NCBI GenBank assembly: GCA_003554375.1
Contig: PWGF01000233.1
Coordinates: forward strand, 1-37,053
DNA from: Spirochaetaceae bacterium
Lineage (GTDB): Bacteria; Spirochaetota; Spirochaetia; DSM-27196; SKKC01
Direction: 5' to 3'
Length of the DNA: 37,053 nt
Shown here: positions 26,189-35,794 of the stretch, piece by piece
Layout: each line of letters opens with the position of its first letter
How positions within the stretch are numbered: position 1 is the stretch's first letter
Notes under the pieces: generated by a model
The model's database searches: none
What the model was told of the DNA's origin: nothing
The model's input: only the letters and a program-made list of their open reading frames with translations
Translations under genes and position numbers: made by a program

Positions 26189-27592
26189 GTGCAGGTCCCG
26201 CTGATTCTGTCCATAGACGTAGGAACAACCTCGATCAAGGCGGCTCTTATCGAGACCAGTGGCCGTCTTCGGGAGATGCGCCGGACTCCGGTTGTGCCCC
26301 AAGGAACGCCCGCCGCCGGTCTTCTGGGGAGGACCCTGGCAGAGCGTTGTTTCGCGTTGTGCCGGCAACTCGCACGCGATCAACAACCCGCGGTTATTGT
26401 AATCAGCGGCAACGGTCCCTCCGTTTTCCCGGTGGACGGAGATGGAAACGATCTAGCATATGCCTCGCTCTGGTTCGACCAACGCTCAGTGGAGCGGGTT
26501 GACCTGGGCGTGTCATACTACCTTCCGCGTGTGGCTTACTTCGTGGAGAAGGAGCCGCGGGCGGCGGCGCGCGCACGGTGGTTTCTCCCTTGCGCCGAGT
26601 TCCTAACCTTTCTGTTGACCGGGGAGGCGGCTGCGTTTATCCCATCGCCGCGATATGAGCCGTTCATGTGGACCGCCGAGTCTGCGCGTGCGGTACCAGT
26701 GGCTCCGGAGACTCTGCCGCCCTTCGTGCAGACCGGAAGCGAGGTGGGTAGGGTCACCTCTGTTGCCGGCAAACGTTCGGGTGTCGCGGCGAGGACCCCT
26801 GTGGTGGCGGGAGGCGCGGACTTCCTCATGAGCTTGTTGGGTACCGCGACTGTGGAACCCGGGCGTGTGTGCGACCGGGCAGGCACATCTGAAGGGGTGA
26901 ACTACTGTAGCCGGCACGAGGTTCGTGATGATCGCGTGCGGTGCCTTCCGCACATTCTTGAGCCGTTCCACAACGTTGCAAGAGTGCTTGCATGCACGGG
27001 CCGGGTTTTCGAGTGGTTTCGGGGAGTCAGCGGGCAAGATGAGCTCCCATATGACGAGATAATGAGGCGAATCTTGGCGACGCCGCCAACCGGAGGGCCT
27101 CGCTTCTTCCCGGCGGTAGGCGGCGAGGGAGGTCGTTGGGAGCTCTCGAGCGGTGTCTTTGAGGGGATAGAGGCCACTCACGGTCCCGGTGAGATTGGAC
27201 GTGCTGTTGTTGAGAGTATCGGGTTTGCTGCCCGCGAGGCGGTGGAGATACTGGAGGATGCCGGTTGTCCGGTGCGGGAACTCCGTCTTTGCGGCGGACA
27301 AGCCAGGAACTCGTTGTGGAGTCGGTTGAAGGCAGATATTGTCGGGCGGCCGATACTGGTTCCGGAGGTGGTGGACGCGGAGCTGCTAGGGAACGCAACC
27401 GCCGGACGGGCCTTCCTCGACGGAGAAACAAGGCTCGGCCAGGTGGCGGAGCAAGTCGTTCGCTTTGCACGCCGTGAAGAACCGCATTCGCGCCGGAGCG
27501 CTTGCTTTGCCGATCGCTACGGAGCGTATCAGGAGCGATACGACCAGTTGAAACGGCAGCACTTAGCGGGAGCGGGGGCAACCCCTGAATAG
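26189..27592 (+). CDS. FGGY-family carbohydrate kinase (substrate unknown)
   Basis: IDVGTTSIKA, GGADF, DRAGTSEG, AVVESIGF, CGGQARN..W...KADI. Confidence 0.85.
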   Translation: MQVPLILSIDVGTTSIKAALIETSGRLREMRRTPVVPQGTPAAGLLGRTLAERCFALCRQLARDQQPAVIVISGNGPSVFPVDGDGNDLAYASLWFDQRSVERVDLGVSYYLPRVAYFVEKEPRAAARARWFLPCAEFLTFLLTGEAAAFIPSPRYEPFMWTAESARAVPVAPETLPPFVQTGSEVGRVTSVAGKRSGVAARTPVVAGGADFLMSLLGTATVEPGRVCDRAGTSEGVNYCSRHEVRDDRVRCLPHILEPFHNVARVLACTGRVFEWFRGVSGQDELPYDEIMRRILATPPTGGPRFFPAVGGEGGRWELSSGVFEGIEATHGPGEIGRAVVESIGFAAREAVEILEDAGCPVRELRLCGGQARNSLWSRLKADIVGRPILVPEVVDAELLGNATAGRAFLDGETRLGQVAEQVVRFARREEPHSRRSACFADRYGAYQERYDQLKRQHLAGAGATPE

Positions 27593-27667
27593 TCTCCCTT
27601 CCCCGGGAGAGATGGCACTGGGACACTTTTTCAATCGCCTCGATTGCGGTATATTGGAGGAAAGGAG

Positions 27668-28216
27668 GTGCGTGTCGGCGTGTTCTTCTTTCTCTTCGGG
27701 TACCCATTCATCTTTCTCCTTCCGTTCCTGCTTGCCATCTTGGCAGTTCGGGCGGGTAGCCGCTACTTCGGGCCGCCGCCGGATCGATACGGATATACGG
27801 TTGACCGGTGGGGTGCGCCGGCCGACATGTTCCCGTATGACCCGTATCGTCGGCGGGTTCGGAGCACCGAGGCGCAGATTTTCAAGCTTGCGTACCGGTT
27901 AGGGGGGCGGATTACGGTTTCCGACGTCGTAGTAGCCTCCGGGCTGAGCGTGGATCAGGTCGAACGCATTCTCGAGCACATGGTGGATAATTCACGGGTC
28001 CGGATGGACATAGATGATGAGGGGATGGTCGTCTATGAGTTCCCGGAGATTCAAGCCCGTCTTCGGGAACGGGAATCCGGAAACTACGGGAGCACTGACG
28101 ACGCACAGCGGTCTCAAGGCGATTCGGCGTTCCGGACTGGTCATGAATGGGAGCCGGGCGAAAGTAGGCATACGAAGCGGCGGAATGCCGCGGAGGAAGC
28201 TTCCGGTACTCCCTAA
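27668..28216 (+). CDS. Hypothetical membrane-anchored protein with probable winged-helix domain
   Basis: GTG after GGAGG; N-terminal hydrophobic helix; IFKLA..LGGRITVSDVVVASGLS...ERILEHMV...G.VVYEF pattern. Confidence 0.6.
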   Translation: MRVGVFFFLFGYPFIFLLPFLLAILAVRAGSRYFGPPPDRYGYTVDRWGAPADMFPYDPYRRRVRSTEAQIFKLAYRLGGRITVSDVVVASGLSVDQVERILEHMVDNSRVRMDIDDEGMVVYEFPEIQARLRERESGNYGSTDDAQRSQGDSAFRTGHEWEPGESRHTKRRNAAEEASGTP

Positions 28217-28394
28217 CGGCGATGAGCGCGAGGCGAGGATCGTCGGCACTCGCCGGCGGAGCTCCGGCAGATCCGCTCGGTTTTCAGCGGTGCCTCCGGG
28301 TTCGCTCTCCCGTTGTGAACAACAATCACCGCCTCACCCTCAACGGCGATCGGGTGGACGCGTAGTACCCGGCAATCAGAGCAGTCTGACTCAC

Positions 28395-29960
28395 TTACTC
28401 TCGGTACTGGCGTGGATCGATCCCGTGCTTCTGCACCCTTAGTCCCATTATTCGCTCTGTTATTCCCAGCAGCCGAGCGGCGCGGGCCATGTTCCCTTTG
28501 GTGCTCTTGAGTGCGTCCAATATGACCTCTCGCTCGACGCTGTCGAGCGTTTCCTGGAGAGAGCCTCGAACCCCCGTATCCGTTGATTCCGCACTCTGGA
28601 GTGTCGGAGGAAGGTGGTGGCTGTGGATTACCTCGTCCGTCGAAAGGAGAATTGCCCGTTCGATGCAGTTTTCCAGCTCGCGTACGTTGCCCGGCCAGTG
28701 ATAGCTCATGAGAAGGTCGATGGCCGGCGTAGAGATCCGCCTGATGTTCACGTGACTCTCCCGCGCGTACTTCTCCACGAAGTAGTCGGCTAGAAGCGGG
28801 ATGTCGCTCTTCCGTTCTCGCACTGGGGGAAGGTGAATGGGGAAGACGCTGAGACGGTAGTACAGATCCTCGCGAAATGCTCCCCGTTCTAGGAGTTGTT
28901 CCAGGTTCTTGTTTGTTGCGGCTATCACTCGAGCATTTATCCGGATCGTCTCGTTTCCGCCGAGTCGTTCGATCTCTCGGTCTTGAAGGACCCGTAGCAG
29001 CTTGACCTGCGTAGTAGGTGACAGGTCGCCGATTTCGTCCAGGAAGACGGTCCCTCCGGCAGCCATCTCCAGGCGCCCCTTCCGGGCGGCAATTGCACCC
29101 GGCACGGCTCCCTTCTCGTGTCCGAAAAGCTCGCTCTCGATAACGTTTTCGGGCAGAGACGCACAGTTGACTTTGACAAACGGCTTCTCAGCGCGGCGGC
29201 TGTTGTAGTGGATTGACTGGGCGGCGAGCTCCTTTCCGGTACCGCTTTCGCCGCGAATAAGCACCGTGGTATCGCTCTGCGATGCTCGGGCGATCATCTC
29301 GAACACAGCCTGCATGGGCTTGCTCTTGCCGACGATGTTGGCAGGCCGAAACCGTTCCTGGAGCTCCTCGTGGAGCCGAGTGTTCTCTTCCAGCAGGCGC
29401 CTGCGTTCCTCCATGAAGCTCTGCCTGACTTTGACCGCCTGGGCGATCATGGAGCAGATAATCTGCAGCAGCCTCAGGTCCTCCTCCAGCTCCTCTTGCG
29501 AGGCCTTAGGTCGATCTACGCTAAAGGCACCGAGCGTCTCATTGCCCGTTTTGATTGGGACGCAGATGAAGCTGATCTCTTTTGCATGGTCCGCGGTGCG
29601 CGATTCGGTCCGGTCCAGGAAGTCCGACGCCTCCTCAACGTGAGGAATCACTGTCGGCTCCCCAGTCTCCACTACGCGGCCGGTAATGCCTTCGCCAAGC
29701 CGATAGCGGCCTTTCCGGCGCTGCTGCTCGCTGAGGCCATATGCGGTTTCGATGATGATCTCATCCGTCTCCCGGTCCAGGAGCGTAATGGCTCCCCGGA
29801 GTAACCCTAGATGCTCAGCTACCTCATTCAGAACCGGTTGGATAACCTGCTTCAGGTCCGGGCTTTGATCCAGAATCCGGCTGATACTGAGCAACAGGCG
29901 AAGCTCTTCCACGGTATTACGGCGCGGTTCGGTCTGTCGTGAAGCTACTCTGTCCGCCAT
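28395..29960 (-). CDS. NifA-like GAF-AAA+-HTH enhancer-binding protein with degenerate GAFTGA loop
   Basis: GAF domain (GEGITGRV, FICVPI), GESGTGKE, FLDEIG, FREDLYYRL, WPGNVRELEN, Fis-type HTH; loop reads GAVPGA. Confidence 0.88.
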   Translation of the reverse strand: MADRVASRQTEPRRNTVEELRLLLSISRILDQSPDLKQVIQPVLNEVAEHLGLLRGAITLLDRETDEIIIETAYGLSEQQRRKGRYRLGEGITGRVVETGEPTVIPHVEEASDFLDRTESRTADHAKEISFICVPIKTGNETLGAFSVDRPKASQEELEEDLRLLQIICSMIAQAVKVRQSFMEERRRLLEENTRLHEELQERFRPANIVGKSKPMQAVFEMIARASQSDTTVLIRGESGTGKELAAQSIHYNSRRAEKPFVKVNCASLPENVIESELFGHEKGAVPGAIAARKGRLEMAAGGTVFLDEIGDLSPTTQVKLLRVLQDREIERLGGNETIRINARVIAATNKNLEQLLERGAFREDLYYRLSVFPIHLPPVRERKSDIPLLADYFVEKYARESHVNIRRISTPAIDLLMSYHWPGNVRELENCIERAILLSTDEVIHSHHLPPTLQSAESTDTGVRGSLQETLDSVEREVILDALKSTKGNMARAARLLGITERIMGLRVQKHGIDPRQYRE

Positions 29961-30095
29961 CTCGTTACGCTCCGTGCTGTGCCTACATCCCTCACCATCC
30001 TACCGGTTTACCGATGCCGGCTCAAGGCGGCCGGCGACCGCACTTGTGAGGCTTCAAGGGCTCGGACGTCTCTCTTCGGTGGCCGCCGAGTTGCT

Positions 30096-31871
30096 CTATC
30101 GAGGGCCGATGACTCCTTCGTATACAATGAGCTCTTCGCCGTCCACGCTCACATGGAGGCCGTTTTCGAGGGCGGCGTACGCACCAGGGAGCTCGGAGAC
30201 GAAAACCAAATTCGGGTTCGATTCCCGGATCTCGTCGAAAGGAACGGGGCTCTTGTCCTCGGAGATCACTGCGCCGATTCCCTGGATGGTGTCCAGGTAC
30301 TCCCTCTCGAAGTGCCTGACCAATAGGACTTCGTCTCCCCGGTGGGCAAGGCGGCGGTAAGCTTCGTCCCTATCACCGCACTTTACGACGCGCCCGGACG
30401 TAACACCGCCGAAACCGGAGTGCCCACGGCTCAGAATATTGCCTAGGAAGTGTACTTTGACAGTGTTCATCATAATGGGGGAGTTGACCGGAATGCCCGC
30501 TGCGGTCACGACGCGGTCAAGGCGCTTCACATAGCCTGCTGCGAGTGCCTGACGGATAGAGTTCTGGATCATCTGGTCCGAATCGTTCACAAGCTCAGTG
30601 AGAACCGGGATCACCCCCCAGTGAAGCAGAAGCTGACGTTGGACTGTTTCGCTGACCGTAGCTGCGATAATATCGGCTTTCGGGCGAAATCGGCTGAGCA
30701 TCCGCGGGCTATTTCCCCGAAGCGTCGGGGTGATGATGGCGGCGGCTCCCACGTCCTGTGCCAGCGAGAAGGCCGACTTCGCAACGGCATATCCAATATC
30801 GGGCGTGTCGGGTGTGGTTTTGGCGTGCCGGGCGCAGCTGGCGACATATTCTTCCGAGCTCTCGACCGCCAGGGCAATTCGGTCGAGCACTTTGACCGAT
30901 TCCACCGGGTATTTGCCACCCGCCGTCTCTCCCGAGAGCATCACCGCGTCGGTACCGTCGAATATCGCGTTTGCCACGTCGGTCAACTCGGCGCGGGTGG
31001 GGTGGGGGTTGTAGATCATGGAGTCGAGCATCTGGGTAGCGGTTATGACCGGTTTACTGCTCCTGTTGCACTTATCGATTATGCGCTTCTGCGCCATGGG
31101 GATTTGCTCAATGGAGAGTTGTACTCCCAGGTCGCCCCGGGCGACCATGACACCATCGGAGACGCGGATAATCTCATCGACATTCTCGAGTCCCTCCTGG
31201 TCCTCGATCTTGGCAATCACTCGCATTGGCGAGTCGTACTCGCTCAGAAGGTCCTTGACGCCGGCTACGTTCTCAGGGCGCCGGACGAAACTGGCTGCAA
31301 CGAAATCCAGCCCCTGATCGGCGGCGAACGCGATATCCTCTCGATCTTTGGCGGTAACGGCCGGCAGGCTTGTTCGTACGCCGGGGACGTTGACGTTCTT
31401 CCGCGACCCAATGGTGCCGCCGCTCCGAACAACACAGTTGATGCGCTTGTCTAGGACGCCGACCACTTCGAGCTCGATAAGACCATCGGCGATGAAGATG
31501 CAGCTACCGGGGCGCACTTCGTCGGGTAAGCGCCGGTAGGAGACTGAGAGAAGCTCGGCGTTCCCCGGAACTTCTTCGGTAGTGAGGGTTATGCGGTTTC
31601 CGACGCGTAGCTCGATATCGCCGTCGCCTTCGATCCGGCCGGTACGGATCTCCGGCCCCTTGGTATCTACCATGAAAGCGACCGAAAGTCCTGTGCGCCT
31701 GCTTGCCTCTCGGGCCCGCCCGATACGCTCCTGGTGCTCTTGGTGTGTTCCGTGAGAGAAGTTCAGGCGCGCCACATTCATACCTGCCCGAAGCAGGTGC
31801 TCAACGGCCTCTACGCTGTCGACCGCAGGCCCAAGCGTACATACGATCCGCGTCTTTCGAAGTCTACTCAT
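30096..31871 (-). CDS. pyk: Pyruvate kinase with extra C-terminal domain
   Basis: TRIVCTLGPA, ARLNFSHG, DTKGPEIRTG, MVARGDLG, ATQMLDSM, MLSGETA. Confidence 0.96.
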   Translation of the reverse strand: MSRLRKTRIVCTLGPAVDSVEAVEHLLRAGMNVARLNFSHGTHQEHQERIGRAREASRRTGLSVAFMVDTKGPEIRTGRIEGDGDIELRVGNRITLTTEEVPGNAELLSVSYRRLPDEVRPGSCIFIADGLIELEVVGVLDKRINCVVRSGGTIGSRKNVNVPGVRTSLPAVTAKDREDIAFAADQGLDFVAASFVRRPENVAGVKDLLSEYDSPMRVIAKIEDQEGLENVDEIIRVSDGVMVARGDLGVQLSIEQIPMAQKRIIDKCNRSSKPVITATQMLDSMIYNPHPTRAELTDVANAIFDGTDAVMLSGETAGGKYPVESVKVLDRIALAVESSEEYVASCARHAKTTPDTPDIGYAVAKSAFSLAQDVGAAAIITPTLRGNSPRMLSRFRPKADIIAATVSETVQRQLLLHWGVIPVLTELVNDSDQMIQNSIRQALAAGYVKRLDRVVTAAGIPVNSPIMMNTVKVHFLGNILSRGHSGFGGVTSGRVVKCGDRDEAYRRLAHRGDEVLLVRHFEREYLDTIQGIGAVISEDKSPVPFDEIRESNPNLVFVSELPGAYAALENGLHVSVDGEELIVYEGVIGPR

Positions 31872-31937
31872 TGCGCCCTATGATACCCGGACTTGGGGGG
31901 AGCGAAAACCGCGTTGGTTGCGAGTGCTGCCACCTTC

Positions 31938-32402
31938 CTACGGCTTTTCCTCATTGTCTTCCTCGGCAAGAAGAAGACGGTACTCGTCCTGGCTAACCAG
32001 ATCCTCTGCTTCCGCATCGTCATTGGTTTCTGCCTCCAGAAGCCCCTGGACTTCCGCCACTACCCGACGATGCCGCGTCAGAAGGTCCTCCAGCTTCTGT
32101 CGAAAAGGGGTGAGATTGTCCGCGAAGGGGGCTGAATCGCTGAGAGCTTCCTCGAGGAGCCCTACGAATCGCCGTTCGGCCTTTCCTACGCTTCGTAAGA
32201 ACTCTGCGCGGCGTATGAGATAGATGTTCTCCCGTAACGACTCGCAGAGCCGGTTCAGCGTGCGGTCAAGGAAGATTATGTCCTCGATCATCTTATCCCG
32301 GAACATCTCCGCGTCCGGCTGCAGGTTCAGACCAGTCGAAAGGCCTTTGATGAGTGCATCGATGAACAGTAAGTTGTCTTCGTAGTTGATGCGTGCAGAC
32401 AT
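31938..32402 (-). CDS. Hypothetical helical protein
   Basis: 154-aa ORF filling the gap between pyk and rpsF, natural composition, acidic tail. Confidence 0.65.
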   Translation of the reverse strand: MSARINYEDNLLFIDALIKGLSTGLNLQPDAEMFRDKMIEDIIFLDRTLNRLCESLRENIYLIRRAEFLRSVGKAERRFVGLLEEALSDSAPFADNLTPFRQKLEDLLTRHRRVVAEVQGLLEAETNDDAEAEDLVSQDEYRLLLAEEDNEEKP

Positions 32403-32444
32403 GGAGCTCTACCCTTTCGAATCATCGGCAGCTAAGTATCGATC

Positions 32445-32474
32445 TTGACACTAGCCGGCTCTGCGTGGTAGCGT
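32445..32474 (+). promoter_or_regulatory. Putative promoter of the rpsF operon
   Basis: TTGACA-N18-TAGCGT with extended TG. Confidence 0.5.
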
Positions 32475-32667
32475 CCAGCTCACCTCTTTACTACTGGGTG
32501 GTATCGCTGGAAAGTTACATCCACCGGCCGAATCCGATGTAACTTTTCGTGTTTGCCTGAACGGCTGCACGATGACCGGATGGTGCCGGCCACAGTTGCG
32601 GACGGCTTCCGGCAATGACACAAGTATAGGGCTCAGTAGTCGCACATGTCCACAAGGAGGCTGAGTG

Positions 32668-32949
32668 TTGAAAACATATGAAGCGATGTGCGTCTTTCGT
32701 CCGGAGGACGAGACGTTCAGTAGGGGTAAGGATGAAGTTCGCAGCGAGCTCGAAGGGCTCGGGGCGAAAATTGTCAAAGAAGATGATATGGAGTTGCGGA
32801 CTCTGGCGTATCCAATAAACGGGTGCGAACAGGGGCATTACTATCTCTACGTCTTCGAACACGATCCGGCACAGGTTCAAGGGGTCGACCGGGCGCTCAA
32901 GTTCAAGCCTGATCTGATCCGGTTCCTCGTAGTACGCCAGGAAGAGTGA
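32668..32949 (+). CDS. rpsF: 30S ribosomal protein S6 (TTG start at 32668 or GTG at 32665)
   Basis: YEAMCVFRP, R.LAYPI, GHYY, LIRFLVVR; SD AAGGAGG; operon context. Confidence 0.93.
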   Translation: MKTYEAMCVFRPEDETFSRGKDEVRSELEGLGAKIVKEDDMELRTLAYPINGCEQGHYYLYVFEHDPAQVQGVDRALKFKPDLIRFLVVRQEE

Positions 32950-32956
32950 GACGTAT

Positions 32957-33391
32957 ATGGCCGATATTAACCATGTCGTGTTGGTCGGGCGGCTCGTGCG
33001 TGATGCCGAGTTGAAGTATGCCTCGTCCGGCGTCGCCATCACAAAATTCGGCCTGGCCGTTAACCGGCGGCGGAAGCAAGGTGACCAGTGGACGGATGAG
33101 GCTAACTTTTTTGACGTTGTAGTGATGGGGCGAATGGGGGAGGCCATTCAGCGATATCTGACCAAAGGTAAGCAGGTCGGAATCGAAGGAGAGCTCCGTC
33201 AGAGCAAGTGGGAGCAGGACGGTCAACCTCGGAGTCGGGTTGAAGTGTTTGCGAACAATGTTCAGCTTCTCGGTAGCCCGGGCGAGCAACGCTCCGGTGC
33301 AGCTTCGGAGGCATCGGCACGTGGAAGTGGATCAAGTGAAGCCGGCCGGGCCGGGATAGATGACGATTTCGAGGACGATGTGCCGTTCTAG
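32957..33391 (+). CDS. ssb: Single-stranded DNA-binding protein
   Basis: [27 protein letters not shown]-terminal DDVPF. Confidence 0.97.
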   Translation: MADINHVVLVGRLVRDAELKYASSGVAITKFGLAVNRRRKQGDQWTDEANFFDVVVMGRMGEAIQRYLTKGKQVGIEGELRQSKWEQDGQPRSRVEVFANNVQLLGSPGEQRSGAASEASARGSGSSEAGRAGIDDDFEDDVPF

Positions 33392-33492
33392 AGCTGGATG
33401 CTCTGAAGGTCTGGAGCACGACGCCGGGCCACCGCAATCGGGTCCCATGCGCTCCAGCGCAGCCAACGAAGACAGTAAAGGGAGTCAAGCAT

Positions 33493-33870
33493 ATGTCGGA
33501 TCAAGAAGCACGTGAAGGTACGGATCGACAGCAGGCCACGCAGGAAAGACAGCAGGCCACGCAGGAAAGAGAGACAGGTCGCTCCGGTCCTTCTGAAGGC
33601 CGGGATTCGGCCGGAGGCGATAGACCGCCTCGCGGCGGTCGCGGTGGAGGCGGCCGGCGAGGGCGCGTGTATTTTCGCCGCAAAGTCGACAAGATCAAGA
33701 CACAGAACCTAACGATCGACTACAAGCATCCCGAGGTGTTGCGCCGCTTCATCACGGACAGCGGGAAGATTCTCCCGCGGCGCATAACCGGCACAAGCGC
33801 GAAGAACCAGCGGCGGCTTGTTCGGGAGATTAAGCGTGCTCGGGTGCTCGGCATGTTGCCGATGGGTTGA
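33493..33870 (+). CDS. rpsR: 30S ribosomal protein S18 (Cys-free form, long N-terminal extension)
   Basis: IDYK...[19 protein letters not shown]...QR....IKRAR. Confidence 0.95.
   Translation: MSDQEAREGTDRQQATQERQQATQERETGRSGPSEGRDSAGGDRPPRGGRGGGGRRGRVYFRRKVDKIKTQNLTIDYKHPEVLRRFITDSGKILPRRITGTSAKNQRRLVREIKRARVLGMLPMG
33527..33570 (+). repeat. 21-bp tandem duplication in the rpsR 5' region
   Basis: GACAGCAGGCCACGCAGGAAA x2, encoding RQQATQE twice. Confidence 0.85.
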
Positions 33871-34004
33871 CGCCGGGCGGCGTTACCCCGTCAGGTCGCG
33901 TCCCCCGAGCCCCCGGGCTTGCGACCCATGGCAGATACAAGCCGGATTGAGCCTCTTGAAGGCAGACTTCTGAGGGGCGGAGCGCAGAAGGTCCGGAAGG
34001 ACGA

Positions 34005-34943
34005 ATGGAGAAGAAGATGTCGAGCCGTAGTTCCGACTGGGTTGCAGTCGGCAGCCTCAGTGTGCTCTCCACTCTCATGTTCCTTACGGGCCCGTTTATG
34101 CTCCTCTATCTTGCTCCGCTGCAGTTTCTCTACGGGAAGACCGACGGGAAGCACCTGGCCTATGGGTTGATTATCACCGCGATTCTCGTGGGGGCATTAT
34201 TCGTTTACCAAGCGGAGGAGCTGACTACGGCGACCTGGTCGGAGTTAGCTGCTCAAGTAGGGGCAATAGCCGCGCTCGGGTACGTCAACTTGGGGCGGAG
34301 TCCGCGGCCGCGCGCCGTTCGACTTCTGATTGGAGCTGGAGTTGCCGCGATGCTCGGCTGGCCGGCGGTAAACGAATTGATCGAGGGCGAAGCATTCACC
34401 GAAGTGCTGACGGCTCAACTCGGGCAGGTCGAGCAGGTGATGGGTCCCGCTGGTATGGCGGGGACCATGGCAAACGGTGACGTTGAGACCTTGGTAGAAC
34501 TTGGGCAGGGAATAGCAGTTCGCGCGTACGCGGTCGGCTATGTGGTTCTGATCGGCGTGAACTGGGCAATCGGGACAACTCTGATCTCTCGGCAGTCCAT
34601 GGTTGCTCGGTTTCGCGTTCCGCGAGGAACCTTGACGGTACTCGGAGTCGCATTGGCCGGAGCCGTCGCTGATGTGGCGCTGCAAATCGGGGGGCTCGGA
34701 CTGTTTGCGTGGAACCTGGCCTTGGGGATTCTGGTTCTCTATGCCGCGCAAGGATTCGGGGTGCTGCAGTCGTGGGCATTTGCCCGCGGACCGGCGGCGC
34801 GGCTGCTTGTGCCGTTGGCGGTAGTCGTGTTGCTCCTGATCCCCGTCACGGGCGGGGTGGTAGCGTTGGCCCTCCCGTTGTTGGGTTTGGCCGAGGAGCG
34901 GGCCCGGTGGCGGGATCGGTGGCCGCGTTGCGGCCGGCCGTGA
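34005..34943 (+). CDS. DUF2232/YybS-like membrane protein
   Basis: Many transmembrane segments, LYAAQGFGV motif, position between rpsR and rplI. Confidence 0.7.
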   Translation: MEKKMSSRSSDWVAVGSLSVLSTLMFLTGPFMLLYLAPLQFLYGKTDGKHLAYGLIITAILVGALFVYQAEELTTATWSELAAQVGAIAALGYVNLGRSPRPRAVRLLIGAGVAAMLGWPAVNELIEGEAFTEVLTAQLGQVEQVMGPAGMAGTMANGDVETLVELGQGIAVRAYAVGYVVLIGVNWAIGTTLISRQSMVARFRVPRGTLTVLGVALAGAVADVALQIGGLGLFAWNLALGILVLYAAQGFGVLQSWAFARGPAARLLVPLAVVVLLLIPVTGGVVALALPLLGLAEERARWRDRWPRCGRP

Positions 34944-35057
34944 CGCGCCGGGCCTACATGAGGTAGCTCACGGGTGAAGTGAACGAGAAGATCGGCGGCC
35001 GTTGCCGGGCGCGAGAAGCCAAAGAACCGGAGCGGTCAAAGAGGAGAAGAGGAAAGC

Positions 35058-35738
35058 ATGAAGGTCATACTGAACACGGATATTCCTAGTCTCGGCGAAG
35101 AGGGGGATGTATGCGACGTGGCTCCAGGCTACGCGCGGAACTACCTTCTGCCGCGTAAGATGGTTCTGCTGGACAACAAGGAAGGGCGTTCGATTATCGA
35201 GGGGCGCCGTGCTTCCATTGAGCGACGCAAGGAAGAGAAGCGAAAGGCGGCGCTGTCGACGAAGGAACGAATCGAGTCGGAGGCGCTCGAGCTGAAGATG
35301 CCCGCCGGCGCAAATGGGAAGCTCTTTGGATCGGTGAACAGTGCCACTATTCGTGAGGCGCTGGGGCGTCGAGGACTTGAGATCGACCGTAAGAACATCG
35401 ATATCCCGGAGCGCACGATCAAGGCTACCGGAAACTATCGCGTCGGTATCCGCCTCTATGGCGGCGAGGTAGCAGACCTTCAGGTGCAGGTTAGCCCGAC
35501 CGGCGGGCAATCCGCCGCAGCCGAGAAGAGTGCAGATGTCGCCGCGGACGGCGCGGAAGCAAGGGGAGAGAGCGCGGAGACTGCCCCCGAGGGCGCGCAG
35601 ACCGGCGGGGAGAATGCCGAGGCGACTGAAGCGGACAGTGAACAGGCTATCGGGGAGACCGGCCGTGAGACTGTGAGTCAAGAAGACAGCGCCGTGTCTG
35701 AGGCTGAGGCCGAAGAGACTGCGGATCAGTGGCAATAG
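35058..35738 (+). CDS. rplI: 50S ribosomal protein L9 with acidic C-terminal extension
   Basis: MKVIL..DI.SLG.EGDV..V.PGYARNYLLP, GKLFGSV. Confidence 0.96.
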   Translation: MKVILNTDIPSLGEEGDVCDVAPGYARNYLLPRKMVLLDNKEGRSIIEGRRASIERRKEEKRKAALSTKERIESEALELKMPAGANGKLFGSVNSATIREALGRRGLEIDRKNIDIPERTIKATGNYRVGIRLYGGEVADLQVQVSPTGGQSAAAEKSADVAADGAEARGESAETAPEGAQTGGENAEATEADSEQAIGETGRETVSQEDSAVSEAEAEETADQWQ

Positions 35739-35794
35739 TAGCTCTGTTAGCGAAACGGACGCCAGTTAACTGAGCACTGCATGGTGGAGTCGCT

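Noticed and set aside
27613-27630. Sigma54 promoter (TGGCAC)
   Set aside because: The -12 TTGC element is missing at the required spacing.
28395-29960. Assigning the symbol nifA
   Set aside because: Architecture matches, but GAFTGA is degenerate and no nif genes are in the window.
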